Virus record (IMG/VR): IMGVR_UViG_3300012664_000222 | Span: 1-27,037 of that record | Length of the DNA stretch: 27,037 nucleotides | Direction: 5' to 3' (one strand) | Source of the DNA: a virus | Lineage: Duplodnaviria > Caudoviricetes | Shown here: piece after piece, positions 9,276 to 17,821 of the stretch | How the letters are laid out: every line of letters starts with the position of its first letter | Numbering within the stretch: position 1 is the first letter of the stretch | Position numbers and translations under genes: made by a program | Notes under the pieces: model-generated | The model's database searches: none | Told to the model about the DNA's origin: nothing | What the model saw: the letters and a program-made list of their open reading frames with translations, nothing else

Positions 9276-9583
9276 ACGATCTTTGCCTTTCGGGCACCGC
9301 GAGCAGCACCCCAACCGCGCACAGCACCGCCTTTGGCCAGCTTCTTGTCTTTGCCTTTAGCTTCGCGCTGCTGCAGAGATTCCGACTCTTCTTCGCGCAG
9401 GTTCTCAAGTTTGTCAGACGCGGCTTTGCGACTGGCAAAAACGTCTTTAAGACGCACGCCGGAAAACGGAGAACTCCATGAGCGGTCGGCGGGTAGACTG
9501 AGACTGTCGCGCACAGGCCCTTGCTTTTTAGCAGCCGCCGAAGCGGCCTTCAGCTCGGCAATACGGTCAGTTGTTTCAGACAT
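9272..9583 (-). CDS. Small basic hypothetical protein (MSETTDR..., 103 aa)
   Basis: AAGGAG RBS before ATG at 9583. Confidence 0.65.
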   Translation of the reverse strand: MSETTDRIAELKAASAAAKKQGPVRDSLSLPADRSWSSPFSGVRLKDVFASRKAASDKLENLREEESESLQQREAKGKDKKLAKGGAVRGWGAARGARKAKIV

Positions 9584-9593
9584 ACCCGTCTCC

Positions 9594-9986
9594 TTACTTG
9601 CAGGCTTTGCCGCCGCCAGCCATCTTGACCATGGTGCCTTTGGTCTTGCCCTTGGAGGCAATACCGTCACGGCTTGGAGCGGCGGTCTTCACCGAGCCCA
9701 TGCTGGTCATGCCACCGGACTTCAAGCCTTTGTGGGCTTTGGAAGCAGGCTTGGCTGCGTGTTTGGCCAACGCATCAGCGCCGCCTTTTTTCTTGTCCAT
9801 CATTGCGGCAAAGCCAGCGTTCATTTTTGTAGCCATAGTGTCACCACCTTCTTTGAATTTGCGGCTCTTGTCCGCAGTTGAAAAGTCTTTGCCCACGGAC
9901 TGTGGGACCCCTACCTTCTTCGCAAACGCGGGGCTGTGGGCCACGGCGTTCATGAAGTTGTGTTGCTTCTTACTCGTCGACGGCAT
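9594..9986 (-). CDS. Lys/Gly-rich basic hypothetical protein (MPSTSKKQ..., 130 aa)
   Basis: GGAG RBS before ATG at 9986; repeated hydrophobic-x-x-GG motifs. Confidence 0.7.
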   Translation of the reverse strand: MPSTSKKQHNFMNAVAHSPAFAKKVGVPQSVGKDFSTADKSRKFKEGGDTMATKMNAGFAAMMDKKKGGADALAKHAAKPASKAHKGLKSGGMTSMGSVKTAAPSRDGIASKGKTKGTMVKMAGGGKACK

Positions 9987-10167
9987 TGCCGTTTCTCCGG
10001 CCAGTCCAACCGCGCACAGTGTCGGTTTCCCAGATGCGGATACTTGTCCACACAATTGTGAATGCTGCGGCGATTGAAGGTAGCATTTCGATCAAGGTGC
10101 CCAACACCGTGAACACCGAGATGGCATCCACGACGTGCTTTGAGCTTTCAGAAAGTTCGTGTTTCAT
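9970..10167 (-). CDS. Small membrane protein, possibly holin-like (65 aa)
   Basis: Hydrophobic core VVDAISVFTVLGTLIEMLPSIAAAFTIVW; function is inference. Confidence 0.55.
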   Translation of the reverse strand: MKHELSESSKHVVDAISVFTVLGTLIEMLPSIAAAFTIVWTSIRIWETDTVRGWTGRRNGNAVDE

Positions 10168-10168
10168 A

Positions 10169-10423
10169 TCAGCACTTCCAAGCCCGAAGGCTCTTGTTGA
10201 TACGGCTGTCCGGGTCTTTGGCCGTCTTGGTGCTGGTCAGCTTTTTCTTCATGCCTTCCATGCGCGCACAAAACGAGTCACGGCGCTTGCCGCCCTCTGG
10301 CTGGGGTGCTTTCAACCCGGGCTTGCCCGGATTGGCCTTGTTGTAAGACGCACGCCCCTTTGCGTTCAGGCCGCCCTTCTCGGACTTGCCTTCCTTGCGT
10401 TGCCATGCGGGTGACTTAGCCAT
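10169..10423 (-). CDS. Small basic phage protein, DUF6321-like (84 aa)
   Basis: AWQRKEGK..GGLN.KGRASY...RRDSFCARM...SRINKSLRAW.C pattern recognised from memory. Confidence 0.65.
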   Translation of the reverse strand: MAKSPAWQRKEGKSEKGGLNAKGRASYNKANPGKPGLKAPQPEGGKRRDSFCARMEGMKKKLTSTKTAKDPDSRINKSLRAWKC

Positions 10424-10703
10424 AGAACACCGTCACGGACGCGATGTTTGTCAGCGCCGCATACACGTTTGTCGTGAACAACACACCCTGCTGAGGGATT
10501 GCCACATAGAACGAGTTGGGGTTTGAGTTCGACGGAATGTCGATCTCGATCAGCGTCGTGCCGCCGGAGCCGCCGTCTTTCAACAGAAGCGTGCCAGCCG
10601 CGCTGGCGGTTGCGCAGATCGAAAAGCCTTTGACTCGGGTTCTCTGGGCGTAAACCGTGCCGGACGCATTTACGTGCGTGGACCGTACATCACCTTGCAT
10701 CAT
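10416..10703 (-). CDS. Hypothetical virion protein (95 aa, beta-rich)
   Basis: AAAGGAG RBS before ATG at 10703. Confidence 0.7.
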   Translation of the reverse strand: MMQGDVRSTHVNASGTVYAQRTRVKGFSICATASAAGTLLLKDGGSGGTTLIEIDIPSNSNPNSFYVAIPQQGVLFTTNVYAALTNIASVTVFYG

Positions 10704-10717
10704 AACCAATCTCCTTT

Positions 10718-10737
10718 AAAACAGGGGCCGAAGCCCC
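10718..10737 (-). terminator. Rho-independent terminator-like hairpin GGGGC-UUCG-GCCCC-UGUUUU
   Basis: cUUCGg tetraloop, 5-bp GC stem, U-rich tail, just after the stop of 10747..11280. Confidence 0.65.
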
Positions 10738-10746
10738 CGAGATCAA

Positions 10747-11280
10747 TTAAGCGTCAGCGAAGGGGGTGGCAACAGAGCCGGAGCCCAGCAACACGCCAGT
10801 GACCATGTATTTGTTGGCAGACAGCACCGTCACGGTGATAGTCGAACCAGCGATACCGCCAGTGGTGGAGCCATCCAAGTTGATGACGTCGTTGGACGAA
10901 GCGGGGGCGAAGCCAGCCGTTGCGCCGGAGCTGTCGGTGTCAACCATCAGCACGGAGCCGACAAACTTGTCAGTGCCGTCAGTCTTGATGGCCAAAGCTG
11001 AAGCGGTGGTCTCAACCACAAACGTGTAGGTCGTGCCCACGTTGTTCACGGTGTTGGGGTCTTGGCCGGGGCCGGAAGTCACAGGGTTTGGTGTGACGTT
11101 GATGGTTGGCAAGGTGATGACCAAAGTGGCATCGTTCGTGCGGATCGTCTTGCCAGCGTACGTGGCGACGTCCAGAGTCACGGTGTTGGTGCCGTTTGCC
11201 AAGTTGACAACGGTGGCGGGGCCTTGAGAGATGAAGCCAGCCAACGAGCGAACTGGGCCTTGGAAGGTAGTCTGAGCCAT
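10747..11280 (-). CDS. Putative capsid-associated fibre/decoration protein (177 aa; MAQTTFQGPVRS...)
   Basis: Directly downstream of the MCP; T/G/V-rich beta composition; GAGG RBS. Confidence 0.6.
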   Translation of the reverse strand: MAQTTFQGPVRSLAGFISQGPATVVNLANGTNTVTLDVATYAGKTIRTNDATLVITLPTINVTPNPVTSGPGQDPNTVNNVGTTYTFVVETTASALAIKTDGTDKFVGSVLMVDTDSSGATAGFAPASSNDVINLDGSTTGGIAGSTITVTVLSANKYMVTGVLLGSGSVATPFADA

Positions 11281-11366
11281 GATGATTCCTCACATGCGAG
11301 TTGAGGTGCATCTGTCTGCATGTCGTCGGCCCGGAGCCGTCAGATACACCGGAAAAGTCCGGGAGT
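11281..11366 (-). ncRNA. Candidate structured cis-regulatory leader RNA
   Basis: 10-bp helix GGUGUAUCUG/CAGAUGCACC plus two 6-bp complementary pairs that could form pseudoknots, and an SD-sequestering alternative. Confidence 0.45.
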
Positions 11367-11372
11367 GGGTGC

Positions 11373-11401
11373 AATATACACCAAAAGAAAAAGGGGCACA
11401 A
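11373..11401 (-). promoter_or_regulatory. Sigma70-like promoter TTGTGC-N17-TATATT overlapping the MCP terminator
   Basis: Exact 17-nt spacer; points into the structured leader and 10747..11280. Confidence 0.45.
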
Positions 11402-11413
11402 GGCCCCTTTTTC
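11383..11413 (-). terminator. Rho-independent (potentially bidirectional) terminator after the MCP gene
   Basis: GAAAAAGGGGC-CTTGT-GCCCCTTTTTC-TTTT. Confidence 0.8.
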
Positions 11414-11444
11414 AGTGGACGGCCGGGAACCCCCGACCCGTATC

Positions 11445-12374
11445 TTAGGAGCCCGAAGAGCCCCAGATACCCAATGGATCAGACCAGCCGAACGAATAAC
11501 GCTCGCGGGCCTTGTAACGGACGTTGCCGGTGTCGAAGTCGCCGTCCATGGAAGTGGACAGAGCGGTACGCTCGAAGTGCTTCAAGCCGTTAGGCACGTC
11601 TGTGGTCAGGAACCAAGCGTTGCTGTCGGTCAAGAAGTTGTTGACGGTGTAGCCACCAGACACGGTGCCCATCTGCTTCAACGCGTTGATGTCGTTGTCA
11701 GCAGTGCCAACACGCAACTCGGTGTCAAGCAGACGCTTGGCAACGAACATCAGTGCTGGAGGGATCACAAGTTTGACTGGCTTGGCAGCGATCAACAGAC
11801 CGCGTTCGTCCACCCAAGCAGCGATCTGGATGGTGGCGTTTTCCAACGAAGTTTCGTTGAGGTCAACACCGGTGGTGGGGCTGTTGTAGTTAACGCCGCC
11901 GCCGACCAGAGGGTGGCCAACGCGAGTGCCGGAGCTGTTGTTGCCGAACAGAGACACGCCGTCGCCGCCGAGAGCGGAGCCAGCAAAGCCAGTGTTCAAC
12001 ACCGAGGCAGCTTTGACCTGCTTGGTGTAAGCCATACCACGGGCCAGAGCCTTGGTGTAGCGGGCAGACAGACTGTCGTACAGGTTGTCTTCCACAGCTT
12101 CTTCAGTGATGGAGAAGCCCAGAGCGATGGTTTCGTGGGTGTAGCGAGCAGTGAAGGCTTCCTGCGCGTTGTCGTAAGCGATGGCGGAGCCTTCGTTCTT
12201 GACAGGAGCAGCGCCAAAACCGGCCAGCTTGGTTTCTTCCTCGAACGAACGCTCAGATTTCTCTGTTTCGTACAGTTCTTTGTGTTGCTCGCCGTAACGT
12301 GCGTATTCCAGACCGAACAAAGCGTTCAGACCGGGGAGCAGCTCTTTGAGCAGTTGTGCGCGTGAAATTGCCAT
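11445..12374 (-). CDS. Major capsid protein (Mu GpT-like family, HK97 fold expected), 309 aa
   Basis: MAISRAQLLKELLPGLNALFG start, GDFDTGN.RYKARERYSFGWSDP end; AAGGAG RBS; followed by a terminator. Confidence 0.88.
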   Translation of the reverse strand: MAISRAQLLKELLPGLNALFGLEYARYGEQHKELYETEKSERSFEEETKLAGFGAAPVKNEGSAIAYDNAQEAFTARYTHETIALGFSITEEAVEDNLYDSLSARYTKALARGMAYTKQVKAASVLNTGFAGSALGGDGVSLFGNNSSGTRVGHPLVGGGVNYNSPTTGVDLNETSLENATIQIAAWVDERGLLIAAKPVKLVIPPALMFVAKRLLDTELRVGTADNDINALKQMGTVSGGYTVNNFLTDSNAWFLTTDVPNGLKHFERTALSTSMDGDFDTGNVRYKARERYSFGWSDPLGIWGSSGS

Positions 12375-12387
12375 GGTGGTTTACTCC

Positions 12388-13011
12388 TTACAGGCCAACG
12401 GCGTTGGAATAGCTGTGGTAGCCGGGGTTGATCTTCACCAACAGATCGGTGTAGGCGTCGCCCACAGTCGAAGTGATGTTGTTCGCAAAGCCGATCACGC
12501 GGAAAGCCGCAGTGGTCTGCACGGCCGAAGCGCCTGCAACCACGGAAGCAGTGGAGTTACCAGTAGTTGTGCTACCAGTTGCCACAGCGCCAGTGCTGAA
12601 GAACACGTTCGAGCCCAGCACGGTCTGTGCGCAAGTGCCAGCGGACTGGACTTGGAACACGACATCTGGATCGTCGATCACGGTCGCAGTGATCACGCCA
12701 GTCACACCTGTGGGGTAGTACTGAGACCAGATTTGCTGACCTTGGGCGTTCACGTACGAGCAGCCGGTGAACACACCAACGATACCGGTGTTGGCAGTAC
12801 CAACAGGGAAACCGTTTGTGGTTGCATCAGCGCCAGTGGCGGTAGCCACGGCCAAATAGCCAGACGCGTTCACGTACACGGGCGAGCCGTTGTAAATGTT
12901 CGACGCAGAGCCGTCAGGGTTGATCAAGAAAGTGCGGGTGCTTCCAGCGTATGGAAGGCCGCCGATCTCATTTACGGCGCGCAGGCCGTAGGGAGAAGCA
13001 GTAGATGCCAT
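12388..13011 (-). CDS. Putative capsid decoration/cement protein (207 aa)
   Basis: Directly upstream of the MCP; PYGL and GVF.GC.Y...DDPDVVFQVQ motifs. Confidence 0.6.
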   Translation of the reverse strand: MASTASPYGLRAVNEIGGLPYAGSTRTFLINPDGSASNIYNGSPVYVNASGYLAVATATGADATTNGFPVGTANTGIVGVFTGCSYVNAQGQQIWSQYYPTGVTGVITATVIDDPDVVFQVQSAGTCAQTVLGSNVFFSTGAVATGSTTTGNSTASVVAGASAVQTTAAFRVIGFANNITSTVGDAYTDLLVKINPGYHSYSNAVGL

Positions 13012-13025
13012 TTAAGGACTCCTTG

Positions 13026-13484
13026 TTACTTTGAACCAGAACCAAAACCACCGCCACGGCTTGTCGTCGACTTGCGGTCAGCGAAAAGCGGCATGCGTGG
13101 GTCATTGTTTCGCATGAAACTGTTATCAACAGATTCCATCTGGGCCTGAGCTTGTTTGGCGTAATACTCATCACGGGCTTGTGCGCGGTCACGTGGCATC
13201 TTGCAGAGCATGAGGCCGCCGATCTCGACGTTACCAGTTTTCGCATTACCCTCCAGCATCAGTTCCGGATGGTCCACCGCTTTAACCGGTTCCCAACCTT
13301 CACGCATCTTGGTAGACACGTTCGTGTTTTGGGCTTCACCAAGTACGTGCGTCGCAATCCAGCGATACACCATACCGGGCTCAGGGGTAGGGTCTGGCAG
13401 TGAACTCGGTGGTGTATACACGTACCGAGTAGATTTTTCGCGTGACACGAGGTCGCGGGGGGTCCGGGTGTTTGTTTCAGCCAT
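13026..13484 (-). CDS. Conserved head-module hypothetical protein (152 aa)
   Basis: YRWI, REGWEPV and GGLMLCK.P motifs; overlaps the scaffold stop. Confidence 0.75.
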   Translation of the reverse strand: MAETNTRTPRDLVSREKSTRYVYTPPSSLPDPTPEPGMVYRWIATHVLGEAQNTNVSTKMREGWEPVKAVDHPELMLEGNAKTGNVEIGGLMLCKMPRDRAQARDEYYAKQAQAQMESVDNSFMRNNDPRMPLFADRKSTTSRGGGFGSGSK

Positions 13485-14454
13485 TTGATTTCTCCAGTTT
13501 TGCTACTTCAGCAGCGTATTGCTGCGGGGTCAGTCCGTACTTCTTCGCCAACGCAATTTGCGTGGGTGTCAGTTGCACTTTTCGTGCGCCCGTTGAACGA
13601 GTCGCTGGGGCAACAACCGAGGTAGGTCGCTTGGAGCCATCGCCGGATTTTGGCTTGTCGTCGTCCTTGCCGAAAACTTCGGGGAACGTCGACTTCATGC
13701 GAGCATCAATGCGCTCGAAGTAATCGTCAGAGCGGGGGTCAACCCCGGAGTTGACTAGTTTTTGGTGCAGCCCTAGTGCAAAGCTGGTGACTTCCTCGTA
13801 CCCCGGTGAACCGAACCACTGGTTTTTTGCCTGCCAGCGGACAGTTTTATCGTCCAGTTCCTGACGGGGTACTTGCGTTTGTTGAGTTTGTACCTCAGTT
13901 TCGTCGATCTGTAAAGGGGTGGGCTTGAAATTTTTTGCAGCCTGCACCTTCATCTTGGCATCCATCAGGGCATCTTGTGCCGCAATGACGCCGTCTGTGT
14001 CAAACGCTTCGGTCGCTTCCTTGAGTTGGCGCTTGGCCTTCTCGACCTCGGTCTCCGCAATCTGCAACTGCGAAGCTGCGTAGTGCTCGCTGCCCGTGTT
14101 GACGTACTGCTTGAGGCGGTTGTTCTCAGCCACCATGTGCTGGGCAAGGCGCTCCAGCTCCTGCTTCTCGCGCAGCAAGGCTTCTTTGGCCCGGCGCTCG
14201 TCGTGACGGGCGTGTGTCAGCTCTTTGATGCGTTTCTTCACGCCATCAGAGTAGCTCTCGATCTCGTCGTCGGTAGGGTCGTTGACTTCCCGTTCCAGTG
14301 GCTTGCGGCCACGGTCTTTTTCCGGGGTATCGTCGACGATCTCAATCTCGACATCACTGTCGGTCGAGACGCTCACATCAAGATCAGTGCTCTGATCTTG
14401 GTTGGTAGTGGCGTTGTCTTCGTCCAGTTCGTCTGGGAATCTGTATCCAGCCAT
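13477..14454 (-). CDS. Putative capsid scaffolding protein (325 aa)
   Basis: Acidic N-terminus, coiled-coil centre, W..N.WFG motif, C-terminal LT..Q..LAKK.GL....YA; between portal and MCP. Confidence 0.7.
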   Translation of the reverse strand: MAGYRFPDELDEDNATTNQDQSTDLDVSVSTDSDVEIEIVDDTPEKDRGRKPLEREVNDPTDDEIESYSDGVKKRIKELTHARHDERRAKEALLREKQELERLAQHMVAENNRLKQYVNTGSEHYAASQLQIAETEVEKAKRQLKEATEAFDTDGVIAAQDALMDAKMKVQAAKNFKPTPLQIDETEVQTQQTQVPRQELDDKTVRWQAKNQWFGSPGYEEVTSFALGLHQKLVNSGVDPRSDDYFERIDARMKSTFPEVFGKDDDKPKSGDGSKRPTSVVAPATRSTGARKVQLTPTQIALAKKYGLTPQQYAAEVAKLEKSNG

Positions 14455-14463
14455 TTCTGCTCC

Positions 14464-14898
14464 TTATGCGCGGGTGTAGCCGCGTGGGTCTTGCACAACA
14501 CACTCAATCTGGTCGTCGTTCAGCACCCTGAACTCTTTACCAAACACCTTGAAACGCGTACCGGTGTAGGTACGCACGAGGACAAAATCACCTTCCTTGC
14601 ACCATGCACCTGATGGGAACTTGGCGGTGTCTTTGTACGCGTCTGGTCCGGCCCGAAGCACAAATAGCACCGTGGTGGCGTGCTCTTCTGCTTTCATGGT
14701 CGCGGCATCTCGAACGAGGTCGAGGCTCGTACCGGCGATCTTTTCATCGACCTCGGGCACGACGCACAGCAGCTTGTATCCGGTCGGGATAGGCAGCGCC
14801 GATGCTTTGGTTTCGTTGTCAGCCTCGGCCTCGGGGGCGTCGATGGGCTGGATGTGCTTTGGCAGGCTGATGCCCGGAGGCAGAATGATTTCACTCAT
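14464..14898 (-). CDS. groES: GroES/Cpn10-like co-chaperonin (144 aa)
   Basis: P.GYKLL, VLRAGP, CKEGDFVLV..Y.GT, EFRVLNDDQIECVV match the GroES pattern. Confidence 0.8.
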   Translation of the reverse strand: MSEIILPPGISLPKHIQPIDAPEAEADNETKASALPIPTGYKLLCVVPEVDEKIAGTSLDLVRDAATMKAEEHATTVLFVLRAGPDAYKDTAKFPSGAWCKEGDFVLVRTYTGTRFKVFGKEFRVLNDDQIECVVQDPRGYTRA

Positions 14899-15085
14899 CT
14901 GATTGCTCTACTTTCTCTACAAGGTCGAGGAGGTGACGCTCTGCAACCGCCAGACCTTGAATTAGGCCGCAGAGTTTTTGGTAATCGTCAAAGGAGCGAC
15001 ATGCCCCACCGGCCATATCGTCGGTGTAGTTGTTCATGTCGGTGCGTAATTTCTCGCGCAATACGCGTGCGAAGTCAGAGATCAT
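14891..15085 (-). CDS. Small hypothetical protein following portal (64 aa)
   Basis: Overlaps both neighbours; G....FDDYQKLCG.I.GL motif. Confidence 0.7.
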   Translation of the reverse strand: MISDFARVLREKLRTDMNNYTDDMAGGACRSFDDYQKLCGLIQGLAVAERHLLDLVEKVEQSDE

Positions 15086-17577
15086 TTGGTGGGTTTACCT
15101 CTTGGTTGTTGTGCGCTTGCACGGGCTTGCGCAGCGGCTTGCTGCTTACTTTTTGCGATGTCGATGCCCATGCGGACACCTTCACGTTCTTGGTCAGCCT
15201 GCAGCTTTTTCTCTGCTTGCTGCGCCTGCTGGCCTGCTTTGAAGCCGTCCAGCTCCATCTTGCCTTCCAGCGCCTGCTTCTTGAGCTCCAGCTCGTCAGC
15301 CTTGGTCGACGCGTCGATCTGCAGCTTCTTCTCTTTGAGCGCCAGCTCGCCTTGCTTGATCTGCAGCTCTTGCTGCTGCATCTGCACAACAGGGTCTTGC
15401 TGTTGCTGCTGGGCTTGCTGCTGAGCGGCTTTTGCTTGGCTCTGCTGGAGCACTTGCTGCGCAGCTTGGGCCATCATGCCGGACAGGGCGATCTCGATCT
15501 CGGGAGGCAACTGCTCGCCTTCGGGCGGCAAAGGCATGCCCAACTGCTGCTCGATCTGCTGGCGGTAGGCGTAGCCTGTGTGCTCGGCAATGTGCGCCAT
15601 CATGGCCGCTTGGATCATTGGTGCGCGGGGGTTCTGGCCAACCAACTGCATGATGGTGGGGTCCTGCATAGCTGACATGTGCACTTGGATGTGTGCCTGA
15701 TGGTCTTGGTACTGGAACGCCTTGAGCGGTTTGCCCTTGAGCACGTTCTGGTTCTCAGACACAGGGTCGGTCGGCTTCTGGTCTTCTTCCAGAGGCACCA
15801 ACTTGTCGGCGTTCTTGATGCCCAACACCTCCAGCATGCCACGGTGCAGCTTGGGCAGGTCGTAAATGTCGGGGGCACCTTGGGCCAACTGGATCACAGC
15901 TTGGTACTGCACCACGCGCTGCGACAGTGTGGCCGCGTTCGGGTCACTCACCGGCAGGATGTCCACGTGACGGTAGTCGCTGCGCTTGGCGCGTGGGCCT
16001 TCTTCGCCATCTGGCTCGTAGGTGTACTCCTCGGACGTGTAGTCGCGGATGATGGTGGCCAGCAACTGCAGTTCTTGCTTGAGGGTGAAGTGCACCCGGG
16101 CCTGCACGGCCGTCATGACTTTCAACTGGCGCTCAAGCAGCGCAAGAGTCGAGCCCACGGGTGCGTTCGCGCCCATGTCACTGATCTTCATGTCGGCCGT
16201 GGCGGCGAAGCGGCGGCCTTCTTCCACGATCGTGTTCAGCAGGTTGTACAGCGTGCCGCTCGGCTCTTTGTAAGGCAGAGGCAAGATGTTGTCGCGGATG
16301 TTGCCGGAGCCAACGTCCACGTCACGGAACTCGCCCGGGGCGATCGGGGTGTCGTCGCCCTTGATCCGCAGACCACGGGACTTCAGACCACCCGGCAAGT
16401 TGGACAGCGTGCCCGCGTCGATCAACTGACGCATGAGGGACGTTGCGGAGTTGGCAAAGCCGCCGATCAGGTGGAACAGGCCGAAGCCGTAGGCACCGAA
16501 GCCGGGGATGTACTGGTAGTGCACGAAGTGCTGGCGTTTGAGGCGCAGATCATCGTCTTCGTTCCAGTTGCGGCGGATGGCCAGCACGGTCTTGGTCCCG
16601 CGCAGGTACGTCACCACGTACGGCAGAGCGATGCCGGTCGGCTCGCCATCATCGTCCTTGTCGCACAGCGGGTCGCCCTTGATCACCAAGTCCACATGGC
16701 TCTCGCACAGCGTGAAGCGCTCATCGTTCAGGTCGGCAAACCCGGTTTCTTTGTCCTTGGCCTTGTTGATCTCGTCGATCGCCTTGTCCGGGGAGCCGAT
16801 GTCCACGTCGCGGTAGAAGCCCGCTTGCTGCAGCTTGATGATCTCGTTCTCGGTCTTGCGCATGATGTGCGTGACGCGGTAGCAAGTCTGGATGTCCGAG
16901 GTGCCGTAGGGCAGCACAATGTCTTCGGCGGGAATGAACACCGAGGTCTGGCGGCCGAGGTTGGGGTCGAAATACACCTTCTTGAAGGCCGAGCCGGTGG
17001 CCGGGAGGCTCCACAGCATGCGTTCGTGCTCTGGGCGGAACTCCTGCATCACCTCCGTCAACTGGAAGTTCATGTCCTCCTGCACGCGGGTGGCCGCTTC
17101 TTTCTTCTCGGGGGTCTCTTTGCCCACGATTTTTGTGCGCACAGGGCCCATGGCCGGGAAGGTCTCAGTGATCGTCTCGGACTGGAACCGCACCACTGCC
17201 TCAGTGATCATGGGGTGGAACACGCCTGACGCGCCATCCCAAGGCTCCGTGCGCTCCTCGATCTGCAGGCCGAGCAGCTTCAGACCTGTCACATACGCCT
17301 TCTCCCACTCTTTGCGGGAGTTCTTGTCGTTGTCCACGTCGCTGTCCAGATCGCTGACCATCGTGGAAATCTGGCTATCGGGCAGGTAGTCGGCCAAGTT
17401 GGCATCGAAGTCGTCGATGCTGGGCTCGCCCGGCTCGATCTCGATGTCCAGACCGTCTGCGTGGATGTTCACTGCTTCGGGGTCGATGATCTCAATCTCG
17501 ATCGGCTCTTCGGCTTGGCCAAGGGCGTCAATGCCTGTCGGCTGCTGGAAGAGGGCTTTGTCAATGTTCGTGGCCAT
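15082..17577 (-). CDS. Portal protein (831 aa) with Gln-rich coiled-coil C-terminus
   Basis: Position after the terminase; PGFGAYG.GL and RQLIDAGTL.NLPGG motifs; long helical tail as in P22-like portals. Confidence 0.85.
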   Translation of the reverse strand: MATNIDKALFQQPTGIDALGQAEEPIEIEIIDPEAVNIHADGLDIEIEPGEPSIDDFDANLADYLPDSQISTMVSDLDSDVDNDKNSRKEWEKAYVTGLKLLGLQIEERTEPWDGASGVFHPMITEAVVRFQSETITETFPAMGPVRTKIVGKETPEKKEAATRVQEDMNFQLTEVMQEFRPEHERMLWSLPATGSAFKKVYFDPNLGRQTSVFIPAEDIVLPYGTSDIQTCYRVTHIMRKTENEIIKLQQAGFYRDVDIGSPDKAIDEINKAKDKETGFADLNDERFTLCESHVDLVIKGDPLCDKDDDGEPTGIALPYVVTYLRGTKTVLAIRRNWNEDDDLRLKRQHFVHYQYIPGFGAYGFGLFHLIGGFANSATSLMRQLIDAGTLSNLPGGLKSRGLRIKGDDTPIAPGEFRDVDVGSGNIRDNILPLPYKEPSGTLYNLLNTIVEEGRRFAATADMKISDMGANAPVGSTLALLERQLKVMTAVQARVHFTLKQELQLLATIIRDYTSEEYTYEPDGEEGPRAKRSDYRHVDILPVSDPNAATLSQRVVQYQAVIQLAQGAPDIYDLPKLHRGMLEVLGIKNADKLVPLEEDQKPTDPVSENQNVLKGKPLKAFQYQDHQAHIQVHMSAMQDPTIMQLVGQNPRAPMIQAAMMAHIAEHTGYAYRQQIEQQLGMPLPPEGEQLPPEIEIALSGMMAQAAQQVLQQSQAKAAQQQAQQQQQDPVVQMQQQELQIKQGELALKEKKLQIDASTKADELELKKQALEGKMELDGFKAGQQAQQAEKKLQADQEREGVRMGIDIAKSKQQAAAQARASAQQPRGKPTK

Positions 17578-17813
17578 TATTCGGCTCCTTCACTCATGTG
17601 TTTAAGCGCTTTCAGCGCAGCGTCAGCAGCAGACCACGCTGCGTTCCAGCATGTGGTGTCCCAGTATTCTTGGCGCGCAGCGTCTTGTTTGGGGTGTAAA
17701 AACAGTTTTTGATTGTGCTTCATCAACACGTACGTCTCGTTAAACGTAAGCTGTGACAACTCAGGCCACTTTGACCATTGCTTTTTGGGGACTTTGTGTA
17801 GGTTCTTCGCCAT
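17577..17813 (-). CDS. Hypothetical protein (78 aa) inserted between terminase and portal
   Basis: AGGA RBS; fills the gap exactly; Trp/Lys-rich. Confidence 0.65.
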   Translation of the reverse strand: MAKNLHKVPKKQWSKWPELSQLTFNETYVLMKHNQKLFLHPKQDAARQEYWDTTCWNAAWSAADAALKALKHMSEGAE

Positions 17814-17821
17814 CTGTGTTC

